Assembly (NCBI GenBank): GCA_035696125.1
Contig: DASRQZ010000213.1
Coordinates: 59,048 to 123,047 of the forward strand
Direction of reading: 5' to 3'
DNA: 64,000 nt
Source of the DNA: Polyangia bacterium
GTDB lineage: Bacteria > Myxococcota_A > Polyangia > Fen-1088
A program made the position numbers and the translations under genes. Position 1 is the stretch's first letter, and each line of letters starts with the position of its first letter. The notes under the pieces were generated by a model, which was not told the origin of the DNA, did not search any database, and saw nothing but the letters and a program-made list of their open reading frames with translations. Below, piece after piece: positions 39,594 through 50,976 of the stretch.

Positions 39594-40685
39594 ATGGCAG
39601 GCAGCCCAAACGGTCGTTCCACGGTGACCATCGGCACCGTTCGCACAGGTGAGACGGCGGCTCCCGGCACCGTGCCTCCGGCGCGAGCCACCGGCGTCGT
39701 GCCGGCGATCCCCACGGCGCCGAACGCGACCCGCACCGGCCAGAGCACGACCGCGCCCGGCTCGGCGACAGCGACCCGCAGCGGAACCAGCGCGGCCTCC
39801 GCGCGCGCTACCAAGACGGTCGCCATCGGCGACATGGCGCTCATCCGCATCGACCACTATGCCGACTCGATCGTCACCGACACCAAGGCGCTGCGCCGCT
39901 CCCTGCCCGACGTCGCGGCCGAGGCGCTGGCGCTGTGCACGAGCTCGACCGCCGACGCCAACGCCATGGAGCGGACGCTGTCACGCGACCCTTTCATCAG
40001 CGCGCAGGTGATCTCGATCGCCAACTCGGCGATGTTTGCGCCCCGCATGCCGATCCTCGGCGTACGCGACGCCGTGGTGCGCATCGGGCTCGACGCCGTC
40101 CGCGACGTCGTGCTCATGGTGGTCACCAACTCCACCATGTACCGCGTGCGCGGGTTCGAGGCGCGCGTCGACCTGCTGCGACGACGCACCCTGGCCTCGG
40201 CCGCGGCCGCGCGGCTGCTGGCCAAGGTGCTGCGCGTGGAATCCGAATATGGTTTTCTCGCGGGCCTGCTGCACGACATCGGCGAGATGGTCCTGCTCGA
40301 GCGCTGCGTGCAGGAAGGCATGCTGGTCCCGGGCATGCTCGAGGACCCCAACGACGGTCCGATCATCCGCGACCGCCTCGACTATCACCACACGCGCGTG
40401 GGCGCGGCTCTGTGCCGCGCCTGGAAGCTGCCACCCGGCGTGATCGAGGCGGCCGAATTTCATCACGACTACAAGACCGCCGACGGCAAGACCCGCTTCG
40501 CCGCCCACCTGTGCGCCGCCGCCGACGCGATCGCGGCGCAGGTGATGCCGGGGGCGCACGGCATCTCCGCCGCCGACGCGCCCGCGATCGTCGAGCTGGG
40601 CCTGACCAGCGAGCAAGCCAACACCATCGTCCAGCACGTGACCGCCGCCCTGCCGCTCTTGATCTCGGCAGGGGGGGTCGGTTGA
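39594..40685 (+). CDS. HDOD domain protein with Thr/Ala-rich N-terminal region
   Basis: HDOD signature (FLAGLLHDIGEMVLLE...HHTRVGAALCRAWKLP); start at MAGSPNG (39594); stop codon lies inside the MITE target-site duplication. Confidence 0.7.
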   Translation: MAGSPNGRSTVTIGTVRTGETAAPGTVPPARATGVVPAIPTAPNATRTGQSTTAPGSATATRSGTSAASARATKTVAIGDMALIRIDHYADSIVTDTKALRRSLPDVAAEALALCTSSTADANAMERTLSRDPFISAQVISIANSAMFAPRMPILGVRDAVVRIGLDAVRDVVLMVVTNSTMYRVRGFEARVDLLRRRTLASAAAARLLAKVLRVESEYGFLAGLLHDIGEMVLLERCVQEGMLVPGMLEDPNDGPIIRDRLDYHHTRVGAALCRAWKLPPGVIEAAEFHHDYKTADGKTRFAAHLCAAADAIAAQVMPGAHGISAADAPAIVELGLTSEQANTIVQHVTAALPLLISAGGVG

Positions 40686-40689
40686 TAGC

Positions 40690-40859
40690 CTGACGAATCC
40701 CCGCGAATCTCGTTCGCGAGTCGGTCCGGCGCCGTCTTTCCCGTCGGCGTCGGCGTCGGCGTCACCGTGGGCGACCCGAACGGCGACAGAGCCCGAATCG
40801 CCGACGCCGACGCCGACGCTGACGCCGACGGATGAATCGTATTCGTGGGGATTCGTCAG
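40690..40859. mobile_element. MITE-like non-autonomous element (170 bp) with ~19-bp TIRs and 9-10 bp TSD
   Basis: TIRs CTGACGAATCCCCGCGAAT / ATTCGTGGGGATTCGTCAG (1 mismatch); flanking direct repeat (G)GTTGATAGC at 40680-40689 and 40859-40868; core is a hexamer hairpin (GTCGGC)3-ACCGTGGGCG-loop-(GCCGAC)n. Confidence 0.65.
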
Positions 40860-40902
40860 GTTGATAGCTCACGCCTGACTGGCGACTCGCTATAATCGGC
40901 CG

Positions 40903-41607
40903 GTGATCACAGATCCGCCGCCCCGCGGGGCGAAACGGCGCGCTGAGTTCGTGAAGAGTGAGGGCATCACCCGCCTCACCTTGCCGCCACCCGAAGCGAC
41001 GCGCGCGGCGACACGGCAGCTCGCGCTGGCCATGGCGGGCGGAGACAAGCCGCCGGTGCGATCGGCGTGCGTCGCGCTGCTCGGTGAGCTGGCCCGCTTT
41101 TACGAAGTGCCGACGCCCGAGGTGAAGGTGCTAGGCGTTCGGCCCCACGTGGTCACCGCCGGCGTCTGCACCTACCAGCTCTTCGGAGACTACACGCCGG
41201 CGTTGCAACGGATCCGGGTCTGGATGCGGACGGCGATGCGCGGGCAAGTATCCAGCCCGAAGGCGCTGCTCAACACCTTGCTGCACGAGTTCTGTCATCA
41301 CCTGGACGCCACTCGACTCGGCTGCCCCGACAGCCCGCACACCCGTGGCTTCTACACGCGCGTCGATCACCTCTACCATTTCGCGCTCGCGACCCCGGAA
41401 CCGGCGCGGCGCCCGTTGCACTGGGTCAAACGCGGCACGCGCTGGCAGATCGACTGGCAGCGCTCGCGCACCCGAGCCGGACTGGCTCCATCATCCATGG
41501 TCGCCACGATCGTGACGACATCAAACAGCGCTGGCGCGCGGATGGACGCAGGCGCGCAGGCAGCGGACGATTCGAACGATCAACCGAACACGCGACCGCT
41601 GGACTAA
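40903..41607 (+). CDS. YgjP/DUF45-like putative zinc metallohydrolase
   Basis: HEFCHHL...PHTRGFYTRVD (HExxHxxxxxH...FW-like) motif; GTG start; TATAAT hexamer 7 nt upstream. Confidence 0.5.
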   Translation: MITDPPPRGAKRRAEFVKSEGITRLTLPPPEATRAATRQLALAMAGGDKPPVRSACVALLGELARFYEVPTPEVKVLGVRPHVVTAGVCTYQLFGDYTPALQRIRVWMRTAMRGQVSSPKALLNTLLHEFCHHLDATRLGCPDSPHTRGFYTRVDHLYHFALATPEPARRPLHWVKRGTRWQIDWQRSRTRAGLAPSSMVATIVTTSNSAGARMDAGAQAADDSNDQPNTRPLD

Positions 41608-41736
41608 AGACCGGCGAAGGGCTTCAAACGAGCCGCATCGGCGCCAGGTCGCAACTCGGGTCGCGACAATCTCTAGCAATAAGCAGGCTATCGAAAGCCG
41701 GGCGGCTCGCGCGAGCGAACCGCACCGGCGTTACGC

Positions 41737-41895
41737 TCAGCTCTGGGTCGACGAATCGGCCGTGACGTGATCAACACCGGTGTCGGGCGAGCCCGAGTCA
41801 GGCGTGGTCGAATCACTGCTGCACGCCAGCGGTGCCAGAGCCACCGCAACGCCGAGAACCACCCAGATCGCCAAGCTCGAGAACTTTCGAATCAT
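41737..41895 (-). CDS. Small putative lipoprotein (52 aa)
   Basis: MIRKFSSLAIWVVLGVAVALAPLAC lipobox; strong AAGGAG RBS 8 nt upstream of the ATG at 41895; the longer track start is unlikely. Confidence 0.4.
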   Translation of the reverse strand: MIRKFSSLAIWVVLGVAVALAPLACSSDSTTPDSGSPDTGVDHVTADSSTQS

Positions 41896-42154
41896 TTGAG
41901 GTCGCTCCTTTTCAACTCTGGGGACGATGTGCGCCGCAGTATAGCGATCGTCTCCAGTGTGTCTAGACTTTCTGACATCCTCGCGTACTTTCCATGCGCC
42001 ATTTCGCTCATGTTTCCAAGGGGTCCGCACTCATGACCCGAGGGGCGCTAGGTCCATGCAGAACCTGACGCGGACCTGACGCACACCTATCCCCTGGGTG
42101 GTGGTACCCGGTGCGCGTCTCGATCAGGCTGCCGGGCGGAAAAAATTCCAGGAC

Positions 42155-43651
42155 CTAAGTGCCGGGGCGCGCCCAGCGCAGCCGCGCGCGTCCCGCCAGC
42201 CAGACCGGCAGCTCGGCCAGGCCGCCCAGCGCGCGCCACCGACGGACGTCGGTCGCCAGCGGATGGCGCGCCAGCGTGCGCGCGGCGCGCAGGGCGCGGC
42301 GCGTCCGGAATTCCGCGTGCACTGTACGCGACAGGGCGTGATAGAACGCACGCGAGAATTCGCCGGGGAAGAGAGGGTCCAGATCGTTGCTTTGCTCCCA
42401 GTTACGCTTCTCCCCGAGCTGGCCGCTGACCCGGTCGTGGAACTTGGTCCCGGGCAGCGGGTAGCTGACCGAGATCCCGATCTCGTCAGGAGCCAGGTCG
42501 CGCACCAGACGCCGGGTCATCTCGATCTCGGGCCACTTCTCGCCCGGGTAGCCAAATTGCAGGAAAAATCCGATGCGAATTTTCGCGGCGCGCAGCCGCG
42601 ACACCGCGCCCTGGACCTGAGCCAGGGTGATGCCCTTGTCCATGGCATCCAGGATAGCCTGCGATCCGGACTCGACGCCCAACCAGGCCTCGGCGCAGCC
42701 GGCGCGGCGCAGGGCATCGACGTTGTCCTCGGTCATCAGATCGGCGCGCGTCTGACAGAGAAAGGGCGTCACCAGTCCCTCGGCGGCGATCTGTTCCGCG
42801 AAAGGCATCAGCCAACGCTTCTTGAGCCCGAAGATGTCGTCACAGAACCAGAGGTGGTCGGGTGCGTAGCGCGCCCGCAAGAGGCGGATCTCCTCGACCA
42901 CCTGCGCGGCCGAACGGATGTGGTAGGTGTTGCCGTAGACCGGCTTCGCGCACCAGTTGCACAGATAGGGGCAGCCCCGGGTGGTGACGACGTTGAGCGA
43001 GAAGTAGCCGTGGTGGCTCAACCAGAACTCGCGGTAGCGCGGAATGTCGACCAGGTCCCAGGCGGCGATGGCCAGGCTGTCCAGCTCCTTGAGCAGCGCG
43101 CGAGGTCCCGTGCGCCGCTGCAGGCCGAGATCCGTGAAGACCAGTCCCGGGATGTCGTCGTAGCGGATGCGCGCCGCGGCGCTGCCGCCTGTCCCGGGCG
43201 CGGGCGCGGCGCCGCGCGACATGCGCGCCAGCAGCTCGCCCATGGTGATCTCCCCCTCGCCCACCACCACGAATTCGGCGCCCGCCGCCAGATACACCTG
43301 TGGCGCGTCGGCCGCGTCGTGTCCCGAGACCACGACCCGCACCCCGCGCGCGCGCGCCTGGCGGATCATCTCCAGCGCCGCCTCGCGCATCCGGGACAGG
43401 CACATCTTGGTGAACCAGTTGAAGACGTCGTCGTAAAGGACCAGAACTTGCGGCCGCGCCCGATCGAGCGCCGCGGCAAAGCCATGCGTGTCCTCGTCCA
43501 GGGTCGGATCGTAAAGCGCGACCTGGTGTCCCAGGGAACGAAGGTGAGCCGCAGCAGTGATGGTGGCCAGCGGCGGGTAGGGCTTGCCGATGGCGAACTG
43601 CTTGGCGTCGAAACGAAGGAGGTGCCCGTGGGCGAAAAGAACTGAGCTCAT
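42155..43651 (-). CDS. B12-binding domain radical SAM protein (class B rSAM)
   Basis: N-terminal cobalamin-binding Rossmann region; CPYLCNWC (CxxxCxxC) radical SAM cluster motif. Confidence 0.85.
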   Translation of the reverse strand: MSSVLFAHGHLLRFDAKQFAIGKPYPPLATITAAAHLRSLGHQVALYDPTLDEDTHGFAAALDRARPQVLVLYDDVFNWFTKMCLSRMREAALEMIRQARARGVRVVVSGHDAADAPQVYLAAGAEFVVVGEGEITMGELLARMSRGAAPAPGTGGSAAARIRYDDIPGLVFTDLGLQRRTGPRALLKELDSLAIAAWDLVDIPRYREFWLSHHGYFSLNVVTTRGCPYLCNWCAKPVYGNTYHIRSAAQVVEEIRLLRARYAPDHLWFCDDIFGLKKRWLMPFAEQIAAEGLVTPFLCQTRADLMTEDNVDALRRAGCAEAWLGVESGSQAILDAMDKGITLAQVQGAVSRLRAAKIRIGFFLQFGYPGEKWPEIEMTRRLVRDLAPDEIGISVSYPLPGTKFHDRVSGQLGEKRNWEQSNDLDPLFPGEFSRAFYHALSRTVHAEFRTRRALRAARTLARHPLATDVRRWRALGGLAELPVWLAGRARLRWARPGT

Positions 43652-43742
43652 TTCAGGTCGACCGGTCTGGCGCGCGAAAGTCTACCTGAAGCGACTTTGG
43701 CATAGGGCCGCTTTTCACACCTGGGATAGACTGCCGCCGCCT

Positions 43743-45566
43743 GTGAACAGAGAAAGTCCCTTCGTTGCGCTGCTGCCCGCGCTGCGCTGGATCAGTCAAG
43801 CAGCCCTACTCGCGCTCTCCGTCGCCCTGCCCTTCGAGCTGGTCAGACCGGTCGCGCCGCTCGGCCCGCTGAAGCTTTCCAGCGTCGAGGTGTTCTTGTA
43901 CCTGACGGTGGGGGCCTGGTTGGCTGCGCGCTGCGTCGCCTGGTGGGCCGGACGCGGCCGGGCCGGCGCGCTCCGCCAGCCGGCGACCTGGCGCGGATTG
44001 TCGGAGGTGCACCGCGCCGCCGGACTGTGGTCGCTGGCCCTGCTGCTGTCGGCGGCGCTGGCGCCGTTCGAACGCGCGGCGGCGGTGAAGTTCGCGCTGC
44101 GCAGCGTGGGCGGCGTGATCTTCTTCGTGGCGGCGGCCGACCTGCTGGATTCGCGGCGCGCGATCGGGCGCGCGCTGGCCGCTCTGGGCGCGGGCGCGGT
44201 GCTGGCGTCACTGCTCATGGTGCTCGAGCTGGTGATCGGCGCCGGCTTCGCCCTGCTGCTGCGTCCCTTCCACGCCCAGACCTTCGGCGTCCTCGGCCTG
44301 GCACGCGCGAGCGGTCCGTTCCAGTATCCCAACATCGCCACCATGTACCTGGAGGCGGTGCTGCCGGCGCTGGTGGCCACCGGCGTGGTCGCCGCCGGCG
44401 AGTGGGAGTCGCGGCTCGGCTGGCGCGTGCTGGCCGTGACCGCGCTGGCCGCGCTGTCGCTCGTGACCGCGATCGTGCTCGCCGCCAGCCGTGCGGGTCT
44501 GATCACCGCGATGGTGGTCCTGCTCGGCCTGGCGGTGATGGCGCGCGACCTGCGGGTGCTGCGCCGGCTCTCGATCGGCCTGGCGGCGGCGCTGGTGATC
44601 GTGGTGTTGATCGCGCAAGGGGTGAGTCCCCTGCTGGCCCTGCGCCTGCGCTTCTGGCACCAGGGCGGCTGGTACAGCTCGGGCATCGATCCAGTGCCCG
44701 ACGCCGAGCCTTTGCCGTCGGAGCTGCCGGTCGGGGGCCGGACCCAGGTCCGGCTCTCGATCCACAACACCGGGGTCCTGCCCTGGCCAGCGGCGGGGGA
44801 CAAGCCGGTCAAGCTCAGCTATCACTGGATGAGCGAAGACGCCGAGCAACTGATCGTCCTCGACGGCGAGCGTACCGAGCTGCCACGTGACCTGCCCCCG
44901 GGAGACCGGGCCGAGGTGGTGGCGACGGTGACGGCGCCGGCGCGCGCCGGGCGCTACCTTTTATGGTGGGACCTGGTCCACGAGAACGTGACCTGGTTCA
45001 GCGACACCGGCGATCCCGGGCAGTGGCAGGCGGTGACCGTCGGCGCGCCCACGGCGGCGCGCAAGGGCAAGGGCCGCTCCGCGCGCAGAATGCTGAACGA
45101 CAACTCGTTCAACGAGTTCTCGCGTATCGCGCTGTGGAGCGCCGCCGCGCGCGCCTTCCGCGATCACCCGATCCTCGGGCTCGGCCCCGACAATTTCCGG
45201 CATGTCTACGGACGATACCTGGGCCGGGTGGGCACCGACGAGCGGCTGCACGCCAACAACTTTTACGTCGAGATCATGGCGACCATGGGCATGCTCGGCG
45301 TGCTGGCGCTGGTCACGCTCATGGTGGCGCTGGCGCGCACCGCGCGTCGCGCGGTGGAAGGGCGCGGCGGCCGCACGCTGAGCCTCGGGGTCACCGCGGG
45401 CCTGGCCGCCTACTTCATCCACGGCACCCTCGACTACTTTCTGGAGTTCACGCCCACCTACGTTCTGTTCTGGTTGCTGTGCGGCGCGCTGGCCGCGCTC
45501 GCGCGTCAAGCGGCGCGCGAACCCGGCGCCCAGCGGGGCGTGCGCGGCGGCGGGGCCTTCCGGTGA
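43743..45566 (+). CDS. O-antigen ligase/Wzy-like polymerase family membrane protein with large inserted beta-rich periplasmic domain
   Basis: Multiple TM helices and a Wzy_C-like loop (ANNFYVEIMATMG). Likely GTG start at 43743. The insert is ~150 aa (VRLSIHNTGVLPW...RYLLWWDL). Confidence 0.65.
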   Translation: MNRESPFVALLPALRWISQAALLALSVALPFELVRPVAPLGPLKLSSVEVFLYLTVGAWLAARCVAWWAGRGRAGALRQPATWRGLSEVHRAAGLWSLALLLSAALAPFERAAAVKFALRSVGGVIFFVAAADLLDSRRAIGRALAALGAGAVLASLLMVLELVIGAGFALLLRPFHAQTFGVLGLARASGPFQYPNIATMYLEAVLPALVATGVVAAGEWESRLGWRVLAVTALAALSLVTAIVLAASRAGLITAMVVLLGLAVMARDLRVLRRLSIGLAAALVIVVLIAQGVSPLLALRLRFWHQGGWYSSGIDPVPDAEPLPSELPVGGRTQVRLSIHNTGVLPWPAAGDKPVKLSYHWMSEDAEQLIVLDGERTELPRDLPPGDRAEVVATVTAPARAGRYLLWWDLVHENVTWFSDTGDPGQWQAVTVGAPTAARKGKGRSARRMLNDNSFNEFSRIALWSAAARAFRDHPILGLGPDNFRHVYGRYLGRVGTDERLHANNFYVEIMATMGMLGVLALVTLMVALARTARRAVEGRGGRTLSLGVTAGLAAYFIHGTLDYFLEFTPTYVLFWLLCGALAALARQAAREPGAQRGVRGGGAFR

Positions 45567-46915
45567 CCCGCGATCGATCGATCGAGCAGGTGATCCTGAT
45601 CGAGGATGTGCTCCTGATGATCGCGGCGCTGCCGCTGGCGCACCTGGTGCACGCTCGGCTGGTGGGCGCCGTCCCTGGCCTCAAGCCCCCGGTCGAGGCG
45701 CGCGAGTATGCTTATCTCTTGCTGCTGTTCCTGCCCACCTGGGTGATCGCGGCGGAGCGCATCGGCATCCATCTGCACCAGAACCTGACCGGGCCGCGCA
45801 CCGAAACCATCCGGCTGGTGCTGAAGACCCAGATGTGGGGCGTGGCGGTGATAGCGGTCATCCTGGTGGCGGCGCAGACCGCGCTCAACCGATCGTTGAT
45901 CGCCATCTTCATGGTGCTGTCGACGGTGATTCTGCTGATCGCCAAGGCGGTGCAGCGCCGGTGGGTGATCCGCCACCTGGGCGGGTCGCGCGCCCTGCTG
46001 GTCGGCGAAGCCTCCGACGATCTGGCGTCCGAGATGCAGCGCCTGCGCGGGCGCCGTATCGACCGCTGTCAGAGCCTGGACCTGGCCGAGCTGGGCGCGC
46101 GCTTTCGCGCCGGTCCCATCGACGAGGTGGTGCTGGCGCCGACCTTGCCCGCCGAGCGGATCGGCGAGCTGGTCGAGCTGTGCGCCGAGGCCGGCCTGCC
46201 GGCGTTCATACCCATCGACCACGGCGGGCGCGGCGATCTCGACCTGCCGCCGCCCGCGGTCGAGGCGGTCGGACACACTCACTTCCTGGTCTACTACGGC
46301 CGCCGCACCAACTCCGCGGCGCTGCTGATCAAGGCCATGCTCGACCGCGTGCTGGCGGCGGTCTTGATCGTGGCGCTGGCGCCGCTGATCCTGGCGGTCG
46401 CCGTGCTGGTGCGCATCTTCCTCGGCCGGCCGGTGCTGTACGTCCAGCGCCGCGGCGGCCTTTACGGCCGGCCCTTCTCGATGCTCAAGTTCCGCACCAT
46501 GCGCCTGGGCGCCGAGCAGGAACGCGCCGACCTGGAGGCGCACAACGAGATGGACGGGCCGGTCTTCAAGATGGCCAACGATCCGCGGGTGACCCGGCTC
46601 GGCCGCGTCCTGCGCCGAACCAGCCTCGACGAGCTGCCCCAGCTCTTCAATGTCCTGCGCGGCCACATGAGCCTGGTCGGACCGCGGCCCCTGGTGCTGC
46701 CCGAGACCCAGGCGCTGCACGGCGGCCACCGGCGCCGGCTGGCGATGCGCCCCGGTCTGACCTGCCTGTGGCAGGTGAGCGGCCGCAACGATCTGACCTT
46801 CGACGAGTGGATGAAGCTGGACCTCGAGTACATCGACACCTGGTCGCTGGCGCTCGACTTCGCGATCCTGCTGCGCACGCTGCCGGCCATCGTCACCGGG
46901 CGCGGGGCGCGCTGA
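45563..46915 (+). CDS. Polyprenyl-phosphate sugar (glycosyl-1-phosphate) transferase, WbaP/EpsZ-like
   Basis: C-terminal bacterial sugar transferase domain (PVLYVQRRGGLYGRPFSMLKFRTM...LPQLFNVLRGHMSLVGPRP). GTG start overlaps the upstream stop (GTGA). The upstream 200 aa of the track ORF are noise. Confidence 0.8.
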   Translation: MTRDRSIEQVILIEDVLLMIAALPLAHLVHARLVGAVPGLKPPVEAREYAYLLLLFLPTWVIAAERIGIHLHQNLTGPRTETIRLVLKTQMWGVAVIAVILVAAQTALNRSLIAIFMVLSTVILLIAKAVQRRWVIRHLGGSRALLVGEASDDLASEMQRLRGRRIDRCQSLDLAELGARFRAGPIDEVVLAPTLPAERIGELVELCAEAGLPAFIPIDHGGRGDLDLPPPAVEAVGHTHFLVYYGRRTNSAALLIKAMLDRVLAAVLIVALAPLILAVAVLVRIFLGRPVLYVQRRGGLYGRPFSMLKFRTMRLGAEQERADLEAHNEMDGPVFKMANDPRVTRLGRVLRRTSLDELPQLFNVLRGHMSLVGPRPLVLPETQALHGGHRRRLAMRPGLTCLWQVSGRNDLTFDEWMKLDLEYIDTWSLALDFAILLRTLPAIVTGRGAR

Positions 46916-47759
46916 TTCCGGCTTCGCTCTCTCCGTCGTGGGGCGGGCGGGTCGGGGGAGGTGGGGTGTTCCTCTTGCGGGGACGCGGCCCTTACGCCGC
47001 CGGGCGGGCGGTGAACTCTCGATGACTACTTTTGGTGTCTCCGAGCTCTTCCCCTCCTTCACCTTGAACGCCGGCGGCACGGGGGCCGCTCCGATCGTCG
47101 GCTGGCAACCGGCCTGCGGACAGGCCGGTGCGCCTCCTCAGGCCCCGCAAGAGGAACACCCCACCTCCCCCACCCCGCCCTCAACCCCACCACTACGTTC
47201 ACTGCGCCTGAACGCTGCAAACGTCGGACCGGATCGGATCGATCGGATCGGATCGGATCAGATCGGATCGGATCGGATCGGATCGGATCAGATCAGATCT
47301 GAGTCCGATTTGATCCAGTCCGATTTGATCCAGTCCGATTGATCCAGTCCGATTTGATCCAGTCCGATCTGATCCGGTCCGATCTGATCTGATCCGGTCC
47401 GATCTGATCCGGTCCGATCTGATCTGATCCGGTCTGGATCCGATCCGACGTCTGCGGCGTGCAGGCGCAGTGAACGTAGTGGTGGGGTTGAGGGGGGCTT
47501 GGGGGAGGTGGGGTGTTGTGCCCGAGGGGGCTAAGCGGGCGCTCCTGCCTGTCCGCAGGCAGGATGCCAGCCCGCCGTCGCAGGCGCCCCCGTGCCGCCG
47601 GCGTTCATGGTCAAGGAAGGGGAAGAGCTCGGAGACACCAAAAGCAGTCATCGAGAGTTCACCCCCCGCCCGGCGGCGTAAGGGCGCCGACCCGCGGGCG
47701 CAATACCCCACCTCCCCCAAGCCCCCCGCCCCACAACGGAGAGAGTGGAGCCGCAATCA
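46913..47759. repeat. ~850-bp imperfect palindrome: two ~315-bp inverted arms flanking a ~215-bp GATC-based microsatellite core
   Basis: Left arm 46913-47228 and right arm 47446-47759 are reverse complements at roughly 90% identity by eye over the compared stretches (e.g. ggtgaactctcgatgactacttttggtgtctccgagctcttcccc vs its mirror). The core is (GGATC/GATCG)n, then 15-mer repeats gatccagtccgattt / gatccggtccgatct. Confidence 0.85.
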
Positions 47760-47791
47760 GGAGCCATCGCCGCGCCCCCCGCGCGGCTCTC

Positions 47792-50278
<2,487 letters not shown>

Positions 50279-50418
50279 GGGCGGAGATCTCCAGGTTCAG
50301 AGGTTGGCGCGGCCCTGTATACCGGTAAGGATCCGCGATGTAAAGGCGACGCAGCTCGGCGCGGGCCGCCCGCCGCCGGGTTGCCCCGGCTCCGCGGCCG
50401 GAGTGGCCGAAGCCGGGT

Positions 50419-50976
50419 TCAGTCCTTGGACTTGAGGACCAGGAGGCGGTAGTTCGCGTAGCCGGCCTGCCCGCAGGAGTACAGCACCTCGGTCAGGAGG
50501 CGGTAGGGCGTGGTCTGGTCGGCGACCAGCATGAGCTGGGCCTCGAACTTCTGGCCGGTCAGCTCGGCGACCCGCTTTTCCTTGCGCGCGTGCTTCTCCA
50601 GCACGTCGACCAGCGGCGTGATGTAGTAGCCGTTCTCGCCGTCGCGCTTGACCGCGGGGTCGACCTTGCCGTTGTTGATGGGGGCGATGGCCTCACCCTC
50701 GATCAGCACGATCTTCTTGGTGATGGTCACCGAGACCGCCTCTTTGGGCTTGAGCTGGGTGATCGACTTTGGCACCTGGAGGTTCTGATCGAAGGTGATC
50801 GTCGAGGTGGTCGACGAGAACGTCTTGAGCAGGAAGACCAGGATGATGGTCATCATGTCCATCATCGGGGTGATGTTCAGGCCCGAGATGACATCGGGCT
50901 CGGCCAGCTTGCGCGCGAAACCCCGGATGGCCCGCTTGCCGGCCAGGCGCGACATCTCCTCCGGCAGAGGCGGCAT
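50419..50976 (-). CDS. exbD: ExbD/TolR family biopolymer transport protein
   Basis: Single TM with conserved LNITPMMDMMTIILVFLL. Confidence 0.8.
   Translation of the reverse strand: MPPLPEEMSRLAGKRAIRGFARKLAEPDVISGLNITPMMDMMTIILVFLLKTFSSTTSTITFDQNLQVPKSITQLKPKEAVSVTITKKIVLIEGEAIAPINNGKVDPAVKRDGENGYYITPLVDVLEKHARKEKRVAELTGQKFEAQLMLVADQTTPYRLLTEVLYSCGQAGYANYRLLVLKSKD

Noticed and set aside
40891-40896. TATAAT hexamer 7 nt upstream of the GTG start of 40903-41607, with TTGATA from the MITE/TSD 24 nt further upstream
   Set aside because: Spacer is too long for a sigma70 -35/-10 pair and the -10 is too close to the start unless the mRNA is leaderless on a GTG; mentioned but not called.
46938-47756. 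Mirrored small ORFs (134 aa plus, 185 aa minus) inside the large palindrome
   Set aside because: Their similarity to each other is a trivial consequence of the inverted arms; they are low-complexity and run into the microsatellite core. Kept only as a remote possibility under the palindrome finding.
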